Source: a virus. Taken from it: a stretch of 64,000 nt of DNA. A program made the translations under genes and the position numbers. The DNA is taken from positions 3,215 through 67,214 of IMG/VR virus record IMGVR_UViG_3300022756_000004, one strand, 5' to 3'. Numbering within the stretch: position 1 is the first letter of the stretch; every line of letters starts with the position of its first letter. The notes below the pieces were generated by a model. The model saw nothing but the letters and a program-made list of their open reading frames with translations, was not told the origin of the DNA and did not search any database. This document shows positions 1 to 9,406 of this stretch, one piece after another.

Positions 1-1
1 C

Positions 2-1525
2 CTGCTGCGAGGTGAGGACCAAGACGGGCTGGAGTTGTACATCCCGTCCGCGCGCAAAATGGTGGACGCAGCGAATCGTTTCCTCGCTAAGGACTTCAGC
101 TATGTGGTGAGCCCCAAATTCGGAGACAATGCGCAGCGAGCCGAAGCTGAACTGGCGATGAGCAATCTCTTCAAGCGCGAGAAGATGCACTCCAAATTCA
201 ACAACCAGCGGCGCTACTATCTCATTCGCGGGGATGCGCTATGGCACATCACCGCTGACGAGACCAAGCTGCCAGGTTCCAAGATAAGCATTCATGAGCT
301 GAACCCTAGTAACTACTTCGCGATCGAAGATCCCGATAATTCGGATCGGTTGCTGGGTGCGCACCTCGTAGACTTCGTGCAAGACCCGAACAAGCCGGAC
401 GATCGCTCGGCCAAGATTGTTCGTCGTCAGACGTACCTTCGAGCGAACGCCGTGCTCGACAAGAATGGTGGTTACTTTGTCCCACTGGGGAGCGATCCCG
501 GAGGATGGACTAGTGCGCTAACCTTCTGGGAAATTGGTAAGTGGGACGATCGGTATCTGAAGACGGCAGATCTCAAGCCGGTATCGAATCCAGCGACTAA
601 GCCTCAGTTCGCGCTGGATGCTCGCATCACTTCGATGCCGATCTACCACTGGAAGAACAATCAGATCCCCGGACAGACCTACGGCCTCAGCGAGATCGCA
701 GGCGTAGAGACTCTCATCTCGGGCATCAATCAGTCTCTCACAGACGAGAACCTGACGCTGGTGATGCAAGGTCTCGGCGTGTACGCGACGGACGCAGCTC
801 CGCCAAAGAACGCAGACGGCACTGATGGCGATTGGACCATCGGCCCCGCCACAGTGGCTGAGGTGGGACAGGGCAACTTCTTCAATCGCGTGAGCGGCGT
901 GTCCACCGTGGCCCCGTTCCAAGATCACAGCAAGTCGCTTCACGAGCACATGTCTCAGGCGCTGGGCATTCCCGAGATCGCGCAAGGCCGAGTAGACGTC
1001 ACGGTGGCGGAATCGGGCATCTCGCTGTCGCTTCAGCTGGGACCGATTCTTTCGAACAATGAGGTGAAGGAAGTAGAGATTCTGGGTACGCACGACCAGA
1101 TGTTCTACGACCTGATGACCATGTGGTTCCCCGTGTTCGAGAGTCTGGACCTTCCGGATGTGCGGGTTGTCTCAGTAGTGGGCGATCCCATGCCCGTGAA
1201 CCGCGAGGCTCGCATCCAAGAGATCCTGCTGCTCCAGGCTAGTGGTCTCATCACTATCGCACAGGCACAGGCCAAGCTGTCGCAGTACGGCTACACCTTC
1301 GACGAAGGTGATGATCTCAAGGTGGTTCAGGAGGCTGCTGCGATCGCTGCCGCTCAGAATGGCGATGAGCTGGCGAATCGTTGGGCTCAGGAGATTGAAG
1401 GCCAAGCGAAGAATTGGTCTGCGAATATCGGCACCTCCAGTGTTGCGAGTGCCGCAGTTCAGGGCACGGGCGCACCCTCTGTGACCACGGTAACGAACAA
1501 CAACGCGGGGCCGGGCGCAAGGTAG
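2..1525 (+). CDS. Portal protein (5' truncated by window edge)
   Basis: Frame is open from base 2. ~500 aa with SPP1-gp6-like portal features (RGDALW, YGLSEI..., SGISL), first gene of the head cluster. Confidence 0.8.
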   Translation: MLRGEDQDGLELYIPSARKMVDAANRFLAKDFSYVVSPKFGDNAQRAEAELAMSNLFKREKMHSKFNNQRRYYLIRGDALWHITADETKLPGSKISIHELNPSNYFAIEDPDNSDRLLGAHLVDFVQDPNKPDDRSAKIVRRQTYLRANAVLDKNGGYFVPLGSDPGGWTSALTFWEIGKWDDRYLKTADLKPVSNPATKPQFALDARITSMPIYHWKNNQIPGQTYGLSEIAGVETLISGINQSLTDENLTLVMQGLGVYATDAAPPKNADGTDGDWTIGPATVAEVGQGNFFNRVSGVSTVAPFQDHSKSLHEHMSQALGIPEIAQGRVDVTVAESGISLSLQLGPILSNNEVKEVEILGTHDQMFYDLMTMWFPVFESLDLPDVRVVSVVGDPMPVNREARIQEILLLQASGLITIAQAQAKLSQYGYTFDEGDDLKVVQEAAAIAAAQNGDELANRWAQEIEGQAKNWSANIGTSSVASAAVQGTGAPSVTTVTNNNAGPGAR

Positions 1526-1552
1526 AATAGGTCAAAGCACTGAGGAGGAGTC

Positions 1553-1750
1553 GTGGCGTTCGGCATTCGCAAGTTTGCGGTACGAGTGCAGCGGCAGAAC
1601 GCGAGTGTCAGGCGTCCCGTCCATAACACCCTGGTCATGCAACACCGGATCGGGGCGGGCGTCAAGGCTCCCAAGTCTGCCAAGAAGGCGGAAGATAGAT
1701 TGAAGAATCTTCTACGCGGGTCCAAGCTGAAGAGGGGATTGAAGCACTGA
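1553..1750 (+). CDS. Small basic protein
   Basis: GAGGAGG RBS, GTG start, K/R-rich 65 aa, TGATG coupling to next gene. Confidence 0.7.
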   Translation: MAFGIRKFAVRVQRQNASVRRPVHNTLVMQHRIGAGVKAPKSAKKAEDRLKNLLRGSKLKRGLKH

Positions 1751-2802
1751 TGGCACGTCGTCGTAAGTACAATCCCTCCCAGAAGCGGGACTTCCATGGT
1801 CGTTGGTCAACCGGTTCTCTTGGAGGACTCAAGACCGCTGGCGCTACTCCTATCAAGAGGAGTAGTTCTATGGCTAGCGCTACCGGGGGAAACACCAAGC
1901 GTTACGATGCGTTCCTTGCGAAACAGGCACAGCAGAAGCAGGCCGCGCGTAGGACGAACATCAAGCGGGCCGCGCTTGGTGCGGTGGTCGTAGGTGCTGC
2001 CGGTGCGGGGGCGTATATTGGTTCACGTGGAAACAACAAGGGAACCAAGGATGCCCCGCTCGGAAACGTCGCACACGTTCCCGTCAAATCTAAAGGACCG
2101 AAAGCGCCGTTCATTGGAAAGATCACTGAGCCAACGAAAATGGAGACTGCACCGAGCCCGTCTCGCACAGTTTCTCCTGCACCTGTTCACGCGAAAGCAG
2201 TAAACGGAACCGAGGTTAAGCCGAGTAAGCCCACGGCTAAATCGAATCCCACTTCTTCGCCAGTGGCAGCCAAGGTGACGACCGGTGTCGCAACAGTGCA
2301 GAGCGAACGTGCACTGGTAGATCTGAAGCGCAAGGGGCCGAAGCCGAAGTCTAATCCTACGAGCAATTCCGTCCCTACGCCGGGCGCGCTCATCACCGAA
2401 GACGGCAAGCACGTCACGGTCGTCAAGGGGCTGAACGACGCCGAGCGCATTCGTCTGGAGAACAACGCCGTTGCCGCAGCGAAGAAGCTGGCGGACTTGG
2501 AGAAGAAGGCGGGCGTCAACGTAGGTTCGCAGGCTCGTAGGGACTTCGAAAAGAAGAACAAGGCGAAGCGAACCAAGGCGCAGGCTAAGCTCGACGCCAA
2601 TGAGGCTATCCGCCTCAAGCGCCGTGAGGATATGTCCAAGGCTATCCAAGATAGCTTCGGGGCCGGGGCAGTGGTAAAGGCTACAGGGTCCCGGAGGGAC
2701 CGAGCTGAGGCGCGGTACGTGTCTATCCTTGAGAATATGATGGATAGGGGTACAGCTCTCAATCGTGCGCAGCGCAAGTTCCTCAAAGATTACGGAGTAT
2801 GA
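1750..2802 (+). CDS. Basic head-region protein with RDxxGRW motif and hydrophobic segment
   Basis: N-terminal QKRDFHGRWS, then AALGAVVVGAAGAGAYIG; K/P-rich; coupled to upstream gene. Confidence 0.8.
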   Translation: MARRRKYNPSQKRDFHGRWSTGSLGGLKTAGATPIKRSSSMASATGGNTKRYDAFLAKQAQQKQAARRTNIKRAALGAVVVGAAGAGAYIGSRGNNKGTKDAPLGNVAHVPVKSKGPKAPFIGKITEPTKMETAPSPSRTVSPAPVHAKAVNGTEVKPSKPTAKSNPTSSPVAAKVTTGVATVQSERALVDLKRKGPKPKSNPTSNSVPTPGALITEDGKHVTVVKGLNDAERIRLENNAVAAAKKLADLEKKAGVNVGSQARRDFEKKNKAKRTKAQAKLDANEAIRLKRREDMSKAIQDSFGAGAVVKATGSRRDRAEARYVSILENMMDRGTALNRAQRKFLKDYGV

Positions 2803-2803
2803 T

Positions 2804-3160
2804 ATGGGACTACGTCGTGGATACAAGCGAGACACCCGAGGCCGGTTCTCTAGGACTGCGGGATCGAAGGGCACCAAGAGCGTAGCGAAGCGTTCGTCTC
2901 CTAAGCGCAAGAGATCGGCGCTCGCAAGCCACAAGGCGGCTCGTCGGGCGATCGCTCAGCATAAGGCTTCAAAGCTTCCGAAGTTGACCACGGCTCAGGC
3001 GAACGCTCGGCGCAAGAAGATCAGGCGGAACGTCAATATCGCGAGGGCTGTGATTATCGCTGGCGCGGTGGGTGCGCAGGCGTACGGAGCGCATCAGGCA
3101 GCTTCTCCAACCCTCGCGACTCGTCGTATGCACGCTCATGACATGGGGCAGCGAATGTAA
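2804..3160 (+). CDS. Basic head-region protein with RDxxGRF motif
   Basis: ATG at 2804 after GGAG. YKRDTRGRFS, very R/K-rich, hydrophobic AVIIAGAVGAQAYG. Confidence 0.75.
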   Translation: MGLRRGYKRDTRGRFSRTAGSKGTKSVAKRSSPKRKRSALASHKAARRAIAQHKASKLPKLTTAQANARRKKIRRNVNIARAVIIAGAVGAQAYGAHQAASPTLATRRMHAHDMGQRM

Positions 3161-3240
3161 TATGGCTCTGTCTAGGATTGAGGACGAAGATTACATGAAG
3201 CGAGCCAGGGCTTATCTGGAGTTAGGAGGTTTTGATCCCA

Positions 3241-3430
3241 TTGTCTCCGAAACGTAAACGTGGAGTGTATCACGGCTTTAAGTCCAAGAAGCAATGGCGA
3301 AGACCGATGGGCCTTTGCGAGTAAACAGCCATGGGCGCACGAGAAGGCGCATCGCACAGCGGGCGGGCCGAAGATACGGTATCGTAGGTTGCCAGCGAGC
3401 AAGCACAGCGGAAAGAAGGGAAGGCGATGA
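3241..3430 (+). pseudogene. Frameshifted small basic gene (GFKSKKQWR / WAFASKQPWA...)
   Basis: AGGAGG then TTG at 3241 reads MSPKRKRGVYHGFKSKKQWR. The +1 frame from 3302 continues RWAFASKQPWAHEKAHR...KKGRR to TGA 3430, which overlaps the ATG at 3427. Confidence 0.55.
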
Positions 3431-3972
3431 GCCGGTTCAATAGTCGCCAGGCGCGAGATCGTTTCGGCCGATGGACTTCGGGCCGTAAGGTCTCGAGCGT
3501 GCCCTACACTCGGCATAGTCTTCGCTCTCAGACGGCAGGCATCAACGCTGGCACCAACATCTCCAAGAACTATCGTGTCTCGGCGGGGGTGCATTTCCGC
3601 GTGGAGCGGCGCAGCCCGACCAAGTTCGAAAGTGCAGTCACGGCCAAGAACGAATCCGCCATCAAGAAGCTCGTAAAGAAGATCAGTCCGGGCGAGCACC
3701 TAGATCCCGTGATTGAGAAGACCATTCGCAAGGCCCAGAATCGAGTAACGAGCAAGGTCCTGGGCCAAACGGTGAATCTCGGCAAGAAGGTCAATGTCCG
3801 TGGCGGAACCACGCGGTCCGGCCTTCCTTCCGTGACGGTTCGATATGGTGGCAGCAAGAAGGCTGCTGCGAATCGTTCTTCGGGTATCTCTCAGTTCAAC
3901 TCTGCGATGCAGGGGAAGCGCGTTGCGAGGGCAGCCTCCAAGGCTCCTCGGCCTCAGCGTCGAGGTAAGTAA
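3427..3972 (+). CDS. Basic head-region protein with RDxxGRW motif
   Basis: QARDRFGRWTS at N-terminus, 181 aa, very basic. Confidence 0.8.
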   Translation: MSRFNSRQARDRFGRWTSGRKVSSVPYTRHSLRSQTAGINAGTNISKNYRVSAGVHFRVERRSPTKFESAVTAKNESAIKKLVKKISPGEHLDPVIEKTIRKAQNRVTSKVLGQTVNLGKKVNVRGGTTRSGLPSVTVRYGGSKKAAANRSSGISQFNSAMQGKRVARAASKAPRPQRRGK

Positions 3973-3992
3973 TGTTCACGGAAGGAGACGTC

Positions 3993-4136
3993 ATGGGAAA
4001 GCCATCCAAGGGGACGAAGAAGGATCGGCGTCTCAAATCTAATAAGAGCACGAAGAAGAAGCGCAAGGGCAGCGGATCTGCGAAGAAGTTGAACAAGAAG
4101 AAGTCCCCGGCCTTCAACAAGATTCTGGTGTACTGA
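3993..4136 (+). CDS. 47-aa lysine-rich protein (not in ORF track)
   Basis: AAGGAG RBS. MGKPSKGTKKDRRLKSNKSTKKKRKGSGSAKKLNKKKSPAFNKILVY. TGATG coupling to the JAB gene. Confidence 0.75.
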   Translation: MGKPSKGTKKDRRLKSNKSTKKKRKGSGSAKKLNKKKSPAFNKILVY

Positions 4137-4498
4137 TGATTGATCTTCCAGCGAATACCATTCATGGCCTGGTGGCTCTGGCGAACAGCATTCAGGAAAT
4201 CTGCGGATATGTGCTGGATGATGGCAGTTTCATTGTGATGCCGAATATCTCTGATGCCCCGATGGATTCGTACGAGGTGAATCCGGAGTCTCAGGGATGG
4301 ATCCTCCCAATGGTTTGGGAGAGAGTTGTCGCGATGTTCCATACACATCCTCGAGGCATCTGCTGGCCTAGTGATGAAGACATGAGGAATTGGCCTCCGG
4401 CTGCTTCTGAGGGCGGTGCGAGATACTTCATCGTCACTGCCCGAGAGGTGAGAGAGTTCAGATTGGACGAGGATGGCAAGCCAAAGCCTGTCGGATAA
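4136..4498 (+). CDS. JAB/MPN+ (JAMM) metalloprotease
   Basis: EICG near N-terminus plus HTHPRGICWPSDED, the canonical E...HxHx7Sx2D motif. Confidence 0.85.
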   Translation: MIDLPANTIHGLVALANSIQEICGYVLDDGSFIVMPNISDAPMDSYEVNPESQGWILPMVWERVVAMFHTHPRGICWPSDEDMRNWPPAASEGGARYFIVTAREVREFRLDEDGKPKPVG

Positions 4499-5375
4499 GG
4501 AGAACTGGCTTGTCCGCTTCCTCAGGGTTCAGAAGGCATCTGACGCCCAAGTTGCCGCAGTGCTACAGGCTGCATTAGAGGACCTTGACAAGCACCTCAG
4601 CCGCATTGACGCTGCGCCGGGTGTAGGTGCCGCTGTGCGGCGTGCTCAACTGCTGGGCAACCGTGGGGCCATCACGATGGTGCTCTCATCGCTGTACAAG
4701 AAGCTCGGAGATGTAGTTCGAGAGGGCCAGGCGAATGCGGCACAGGCGGCCACGGAGGCCGAGTTTCATTCTGCATCTAAGATCTATGATCGCATCATTG
4801 AAGATCCGGCTAAGCGGGAAGTCCTCAAGCGATCGTTGGAACAGACCTCTCGACGTAATATTCAAGTCACGGTAACGAGGATGACCGACTCTCAGCAGCC
4901 GCTGAGTAAGCGGTTATATAGGTCTGAAGCCCTATCTAAAGGCCAAGTTAGCCGAGTCGTAAATAGCCATCTCGCTAAGGGATCGTCTGCGGCAGACATG
5001 GCGAAGGATCTAAGGTCGTTCTTCAACCCCAAAGTGCCCGGTGGAGTGAGCTTTAGAGCTCAAACCTTGGCTCGAAGCGAAATAAATAATGCGTTTCATG
5101 CGCAAGCTGCGGCTGATATGGCCGATCGACCTTGGGTGAATCAGTCCAGATGGCATCTTTCCGGCTCGCACAAAGTTCCCGACGAGTGCAATACCTACGC
5201 CTCGATCGGGTTATTTCCGGTAGATCGTATTCCCAAGAAGCCTCATCCGAATTGCTTGTGCTATATCACTCCCGATCTTCCGGATGTTCAGACAGTGATC
5301 AACGATTATCTGGCTGGGAAATACAATTCGTGGCTCGCCGAACACACAGATGATGGGCTCCGCCGGTCCGCATGA
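4473..5375 (+). CDS. MuF-like minor head protein
   Basis: TLARSEINNAFH and C...PHPNCLC motifs; located between portal and scaffold. Confidence 0.8.
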   Translation: MASQSLSDKENWLVRFLRVQKASDAQVAAVLQAALEDLDKHLSRIDAAPGVGAAVRRAQLLGNRGAITMVLSSLYKKLGDVVREGQANAAQAATEAEFHSASKIYDRIIEDPAKREVLKRSLEQTSRRNIQVTVTRMTDSQQPLSKRLYRSEALSKGQVSRVVNSHLAKGSSAADMAKDLRSFFNPKVPGGVSFRAQTLARSEINNAFHAQAAADMADRPWVNQSRWHLSGSHKVPDECNTYASIGLFPVDRIPKKPHPNCLCYITPDLPDVQTVINDYLAGKYNSWLAEHTDDGLRRSA

Positions 5376-5427
5376 GGTAGTATGTCGGCAGGCTTCAAGC
5401 ATACCGACGAACCGGAGGTTCTCCGAA

Positions 5428-6177
5428 ATGAGCAAGAGCTCCCTTCCCCGACTGGATCTTTTTCTGCTGCCGTTCCGTGGCGGAAACAACGATGGCTCTG
5501 CGGGAGATGATGGCAACGAATCGTCAAAGGGTGCCGTCGATAAGGTGGCGGACAAGGATGATGACGATGATGGCGACGAAGATCACGATGATGATGATCT
5601 GTCTGGCATCGCAGATCCACGAGATCGCCAGATCGCGGCACTGAGCAGGGAAGCGGCACGGCATCGCCGCGAGAAGAACAAGAACAAGAAGGAAGCGGAG
5701 CGCATTCAGGGAGAGCTGGATGCCCTGAAGAACGGCAAGGGAACCGAGCAGGAGCAGTGGGAAGCTGAGAAGAGGTCGTTCGAGCAGAAGTACGAAGAGC
5801 TGCTCACGAACACTTCCAACACAGTCCTTCGAAACGCGGTGAGGGATCCCGACAATAAGTACTCGTGGTACGATGTACCGGTGGTAATGAGCTTGGTCAA
5901 TCGCGACGTAATCGAGATCGATCTCGAAGAAGGCGTCGTGGACGGCTTGGAGGCCGAACTGAAGCGCATTGCCAAAGAGAAGCCGTATCTCGTGAAGAAG
6001 GCTCCTGCTGGTGGCGGGAACTCCAATAACGGGAACAACGGAAATGGATCGGTATCCGGCAGCGCCGGATCTGCGGGTAGCACAGGAAGCAATCCGTCCG
6101 GTCGGAATAGCTCCAACGACGCAAAAGCGGCCCAGAGGGCGACACTCGAAAGTAAGTATCCGGGGCTTAGTGTATAG
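5428..6177 (+). CDS. Capsid scaffolding protein
   Basis: GGAGG RBS, ATG 5428. Acidic N-region, coiled coil (LSREAARHR), KPYL and C-terminal KYPGL; upstream of capsid. Confidence 0.8.
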   Translation: MSKSSLPRLDLFLLPFRGGNNDGSAGDDGNESSKGAVDKVADKDDDDDGDEDHDDDDLSGIADPRDRQIAALSREAARHRREKNKNKKEAERIQGELDALKNGKGTEQEQWEAEKRSFEQKYEELLTNTSNTVLRNAVRDPDNKYSWYDVPVVMSLVNRDVIEIDLEEGVVDGLEAELKRIAKEKPYLVKKAPAGGGNSNNGNNGNGSVSGSAGSAGSTGSNPSGRNSSNDAKAAQRATLESKYPGLSV

Positions 6178-6204
6178 CTCTGGAACAATCCAAGGAAGGT
6201 AATC

Positions 6205-6603
6205 GTGGCTCGTTACGATAAGTACGACCCGATGGTGGGCGGTTTCCGCGCGCCCCTTGCCGCTGACTGGCTGCTCGCTGATGTGAATCGACCCCGTGGG
6301 GTCGGTCTCAATTCCAGTGGCCAGATCGTCAAGGGAGCTGGCAACACCGGCATCGTGGGCATTCTGATTCTCACTAAGATCCGCAAGGCTGGTGAGATCG
6401 TGGACACCATGGACGCGGGCGAGATTGTGGAATGGGATCCCGTTACTGCGGGTACGTTCGGCACGGCGGGAACTACTTATTACGCCGATGCGACTACGGG
6501 TGTCATCAATTCCACTTCGGCCACTGGCAAGTTCCAGGTTGGCCGGACGGCTGAAGGCACTCGTCTTGTCTGCCGCGTGAACCGGACGGCGGTGCCCGCA
6601 TGA
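6205..6603 (+). CDS. Capsid decoration/minor capsid protein
   Basis: 132 aa G/T-rich, between scaffold and major capsid, ATGA-coupled. Confidence 0.7.
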   Translation: MARYDKYDPMVGGFRAPLAADWLLADVNRPRGVGLNSSGQIVKGAGNTGIVGILILTKIRKAGEIVDTMDAGEIVEWDPVTAGTFGTAGTTYYADATTGVINSTSATGKFQVGRTAEGTRLVCRVNRTAVPA

Positions 6604-7784
6604 TCAAGTCGAATCTCCTCGAACTGCTGCTCCTTCCGTTCAAGGGTGCGGACTTCAAGGGCGGTTACCACACCGAAGGTGACATCGTCACCGTCACTCT
6701 CGACGGTATTGATGTTAACTCGCTGTGGGATGAATTCCAGGCTACCCTCGACATCTACAACGCGAAGCGCGCTCAGCTCATCGGGCTGCTGACCTACCCG
6801 GTCACCAACCTCGTCGAGACTGTCCCGCAGGTTGGCGATGCGACCTTCGAAGAGGCGTCTGAGTTCGGCGTCCCGAAGTCGAGCCGCGTGACCGTCGATT
6901 ACTTCCAGCTGGGTTACGACTTCAAGTGGTACGACGTCGCGAACCGCTTCACCTGGAAGTACCTGGCAGATGCGGACGCCCGTCAGATCCAGGCGATCCA
7001 CAACAAGATCCTCGAGGCTGACCAGAAGCTCGTCTTCCGGAAGGTCATGGAGGCGATCTTCGACAACCGGAACCGCTCCGCGGACATCCGAACCCAGACG
7101 TACAACGTCTATCCGATCTACAACGCTGACGGAACCGTTCCGCCCACCTACAAGGGCGAGACCTTCGACGGCACCCACTCTCACTTCGTGGTGTCGGCTG
7201 GCGCGCAGATCGACTCGGGTGACCTCGAGGATGCGTACGAGCACATCGCCGAGCACGGCTTCTCCATCGAGAACGGCACCACTGTCGTTTCCATGGTGAA
7301 CCGCGCGCAGGCGAAGGAGATCCGAAAGTTCAAGGCCGGGGCCGTCAACAACAACGGCGTCACCGCGAACTACGACTTCATCCCGGCGGCGGGTCAGCCC
7401 GCCATCATCATCCCGAATGCGGATGGTCTCCTGGGTGAGCGGCCTCCGAGCCAGTACAAGGGCTTCAAGGTGATTGGCTCCTACGCGGATGTCCTGATCA
7501 TCGAGGAGTCGTACATCCCCGAGGGCTACATGCTGACCTTCGGTTCGGGTGGCGCGGGCAATCTGCAGAACCTCGTCGGCCTGCGCGAGCACGCCAACCA
7601 GGCGATGCGCGGCCTGCGACTGCTGCCGGGTAACCAGCAGAACTACCCCCTCGTGGAGTCGTTCTACAACCGTGGCTTCGGCACCGGCATCCGTCAGCGC
7701 GGTGGTGCGGTCGTGACGCAGTTCAAGGCGTCCGGTTCGTACGACATCCCGACCGTGTACGCGAACGGTGGAGGGCTGGTCTAG
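6600..7784 (+). CDS. Major capsid protein
   Basis: 394 aa, strongest codon bias of the region, EEASEFGVP motif, position in head operon. Confidence 0.85.
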   Translation: MIKSNLLELLLLPFKGADFKGGYHTEGDIVTVTLDGIDVNSLWDEFQATLDIYNAKRAQLIGLLTYPVTNLVETVPQVGDATFEEASEFGVPKSSRVTVDYFQLGYDFKWYDVANRFTWKYLADADARQIQAIHNKILEADQKLVFRKVMEAIFDNRNRSADIRTQTYNVYPIYNADGTVPPTYKGETFDGTHSHFVVSAGAQIDSGDLEDAYEHIAEHGFSIENGTTVVSMVNRAQAKEIRKFKAGAVNNNGVTANYDFIPAAGQPAIIIPNADGLLGERPPSQYKGFKVIGSYADVLIIEESYIPEGYMLTFGSGGAGNLQNLVGLREHANQAMRGLRLLPGNQQNYPLVESFYNRGFGTGIRQRGGAVVTQFKASGSYDIPTVYANGGGLV

Positions 7785-7786
7785 TC

Positions 7787-8170
7787 ATGAGCCTGCATGG
7801 TAAGATCGATCTCTCCCGGCCTCTCACGGACGCCGAGAAGGAGTGGCTGGTCACCCGTCCGGGTGGCAAAGCCTCGGTCGCAGTGAACGATCGGCAGTTC
7901 GGTCACATGTCGGACGAAGAGCGGTCTGCCTTGCAGGTCTCTCATCAGGAAGACGTGGACGACGAGGCCTCTCGTCTCCGGGCCTATCTCCAGGAAGAAG
8001 ACGAAGACGGGGAAGGTTTCGATCCCGAGGACGTCGGAAAGGTTGCGCCCCTCACGGTCACGGAGCTTCGCGCGTGGCTGAAGAAGAAGGGCGAGGACCA
8101 GACCGGATCCAAGGAAGAACTCCAGATCCGTATGCTGGAAAAGATGGAAGCTGACCGCGAGGCCAAGTAG
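7787..8170 (+). CDS. Protein with C-terminal SAP/HeH-like domain
   Basis: LTVTELRAWLKKKGEDQTGSKEELQIRM matches the SAP pattern. Confidence 0.7.
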   Translation: MSLHGKIDLSRPLTDAEKEWLVTRPGGKASVAVNDRQFGHMSDEERSALQVSHQEDVDDEASRLRAYLQEEDEDGEGFDPEDVGKVAPLTVTELRAWLKKKGEDQTGSKEELQIRMLEKMEADREAK

Positions 8171-8178
8171 CCATTCGT

Positions 8179-8222
8179 AGGGAGGGGGTAGCTGGGCCTG
8201 TGACTAGCTGCTCCCTTCTTTC
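8179..8222 (+). terminator. Intrinsic terminator after capsid operon
   Basis: GGGAGGGGGTAGCTGG / CTAGCTGCTCCCTTC stem followed by TTT. Confidence 0.65.
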
Positions 8223-8236
8223 GTAGGGGAGAAGGA

Positions 8237-8887
8237 ATGACTGTATACGCGGGAAGGTATGGACCGGAGGGTTTAGAGTATCCGGACGGAACTCACGCCG
8301 TAAACCGTGCTGTCTCAGTGTATATTTCTGACGGAACTACATTGGCGATTCTATTTGGCAATAGGGATCGTTCCGTCAATTTGCCAAATCCATTGTACAC
8401 AGATTCTATTGGAAACTTGGCCTTCTGGACTAATCCGGGAAACTACATTGGCGAGATTGATGGAAGCCATCAGTTCTCTATTCAGGTTCCTGAGGATCCT
8501 GACGAAGCCGTAACCGGTAGTACTTCAGCCGAACTAGTGATCGTTCAGCGCATGGTCGCCCAGGACACCTCGGGCCATCGCCTTATGGTTCCGGATGACG
8601 ACGGTCAGGCGATATACGCGGACTCTTCGGATCCCACTCACATTTCTCGTCCAGTATGGATGACGACCAATGCCTGGAGCAATGGTATTCAGGCGGATCT
8701 ATTGGCTCTCGGCCAAGTCGTAGAGCCTACTTGGGATTGGACTCCGAACCAGCCGATATGGATTGGCTCTGACGGATTTCTAACGCAAGACTATCCTGTC
8801 GGTGCCGCTTTCTTGCGTCGTGTGGCGGAAGCCGTCACTCCGATTACCATTTATTTCTCGCCACAGCAGTCGATAGCAATAATCTAA
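8237..8887 (+). CDS. Virion structural (fibre-associated) protein
   Basis: GAAGGA RBS. TDSIGNLAFW..PGNY and W.WTP.QPIW.G.DG.LTQ motifs typical of phage fibre/decoration proteins. Confidence 0.65.
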   Translation: MTVYAGRYGPEGLEYPDGTHAVNRAVSVYISDGTTLAILFGNRDRSVNLPNPLYTDSIGNLAFWTNPGNYIGEIDGSHQFSIQVPEDPDEAVTGSTSAELVIVQRMVAQDTSGHRLMVPDDDGQAIYADSSDPTHISRPVWMTTNAWSNGIQADLLALGQVVEPTWDWTPNQPIWIGSDGFLTQDYPVGAAFLRRVAEAVTPITIYFSPQQSIAII

Positions 8888-8896
8888 GGAGCGAGC

Positions 8897-9403
8897 ATGG
8901 CTGGCGATAAGTACCTCTACAACAATGCGGGAACGACCACTGAAAAGGCAGCGATCCAGACCTCGGCTGGTGCCGGTGACGCGGGAAAAATTCCCGCCCT
9001 GGATGCCGCTGGCCTGTTGTCTACGACAATGATGCCGGTTGGCATCGGCGCTGATACGGCTGCGATCACTGCTTCGGAAGCTCTCAGTGCAGGTGATCTC
9101 GTCAATGTGTGGAACTCGACCGGAGCCAAGGTTCGCAAGGCTGACGCTTCTACCTCAGGAAAGGAAGCACACGGATTTGTTCTGGCTGCGGTATCTTCCA
9201 GCGCGACGGCAACCGTGTACTTCGAGGGTAATGACACCGGAGTAACGGGCCTAACTCCCGGACCTCAGTTCCTGTCTACGACCCCAGGAGCGGCTACTTT
9301 GACAGCTCCTTCCGGATCGGGCAATGTGGTGCAGCGAGTTGGATTCGCAACAGCAGCAACGGCGCTCAACTTCCAGTCTCAGCCTCCGATTGTATTGGCG
9401 TAG
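8897..9403 (+). CDS. Virion structural protein (decoration/fibre-like)
   Basis: AAGGAG RBS. ASEALSAGDLVN...AHGFV...GLTPG...VQRVGFA. Confidence 0.7.
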   Translation: MAGDKYLYNNAGTTTEKAAIQTSAGAGDAGKIPALDAAGLLSTTMMPVGIGADTAAITASEALSAGDLVNVWNSTGAKVRKADASTSGKEAHGFVLAAVSSSATATVYFEGNDTGVTGLTPGPQFLSTTPGAATLTAPSGSGNVVQRVGFATAATALNFQSQPPIVLA

Positions 9404-9406
9404 TCT

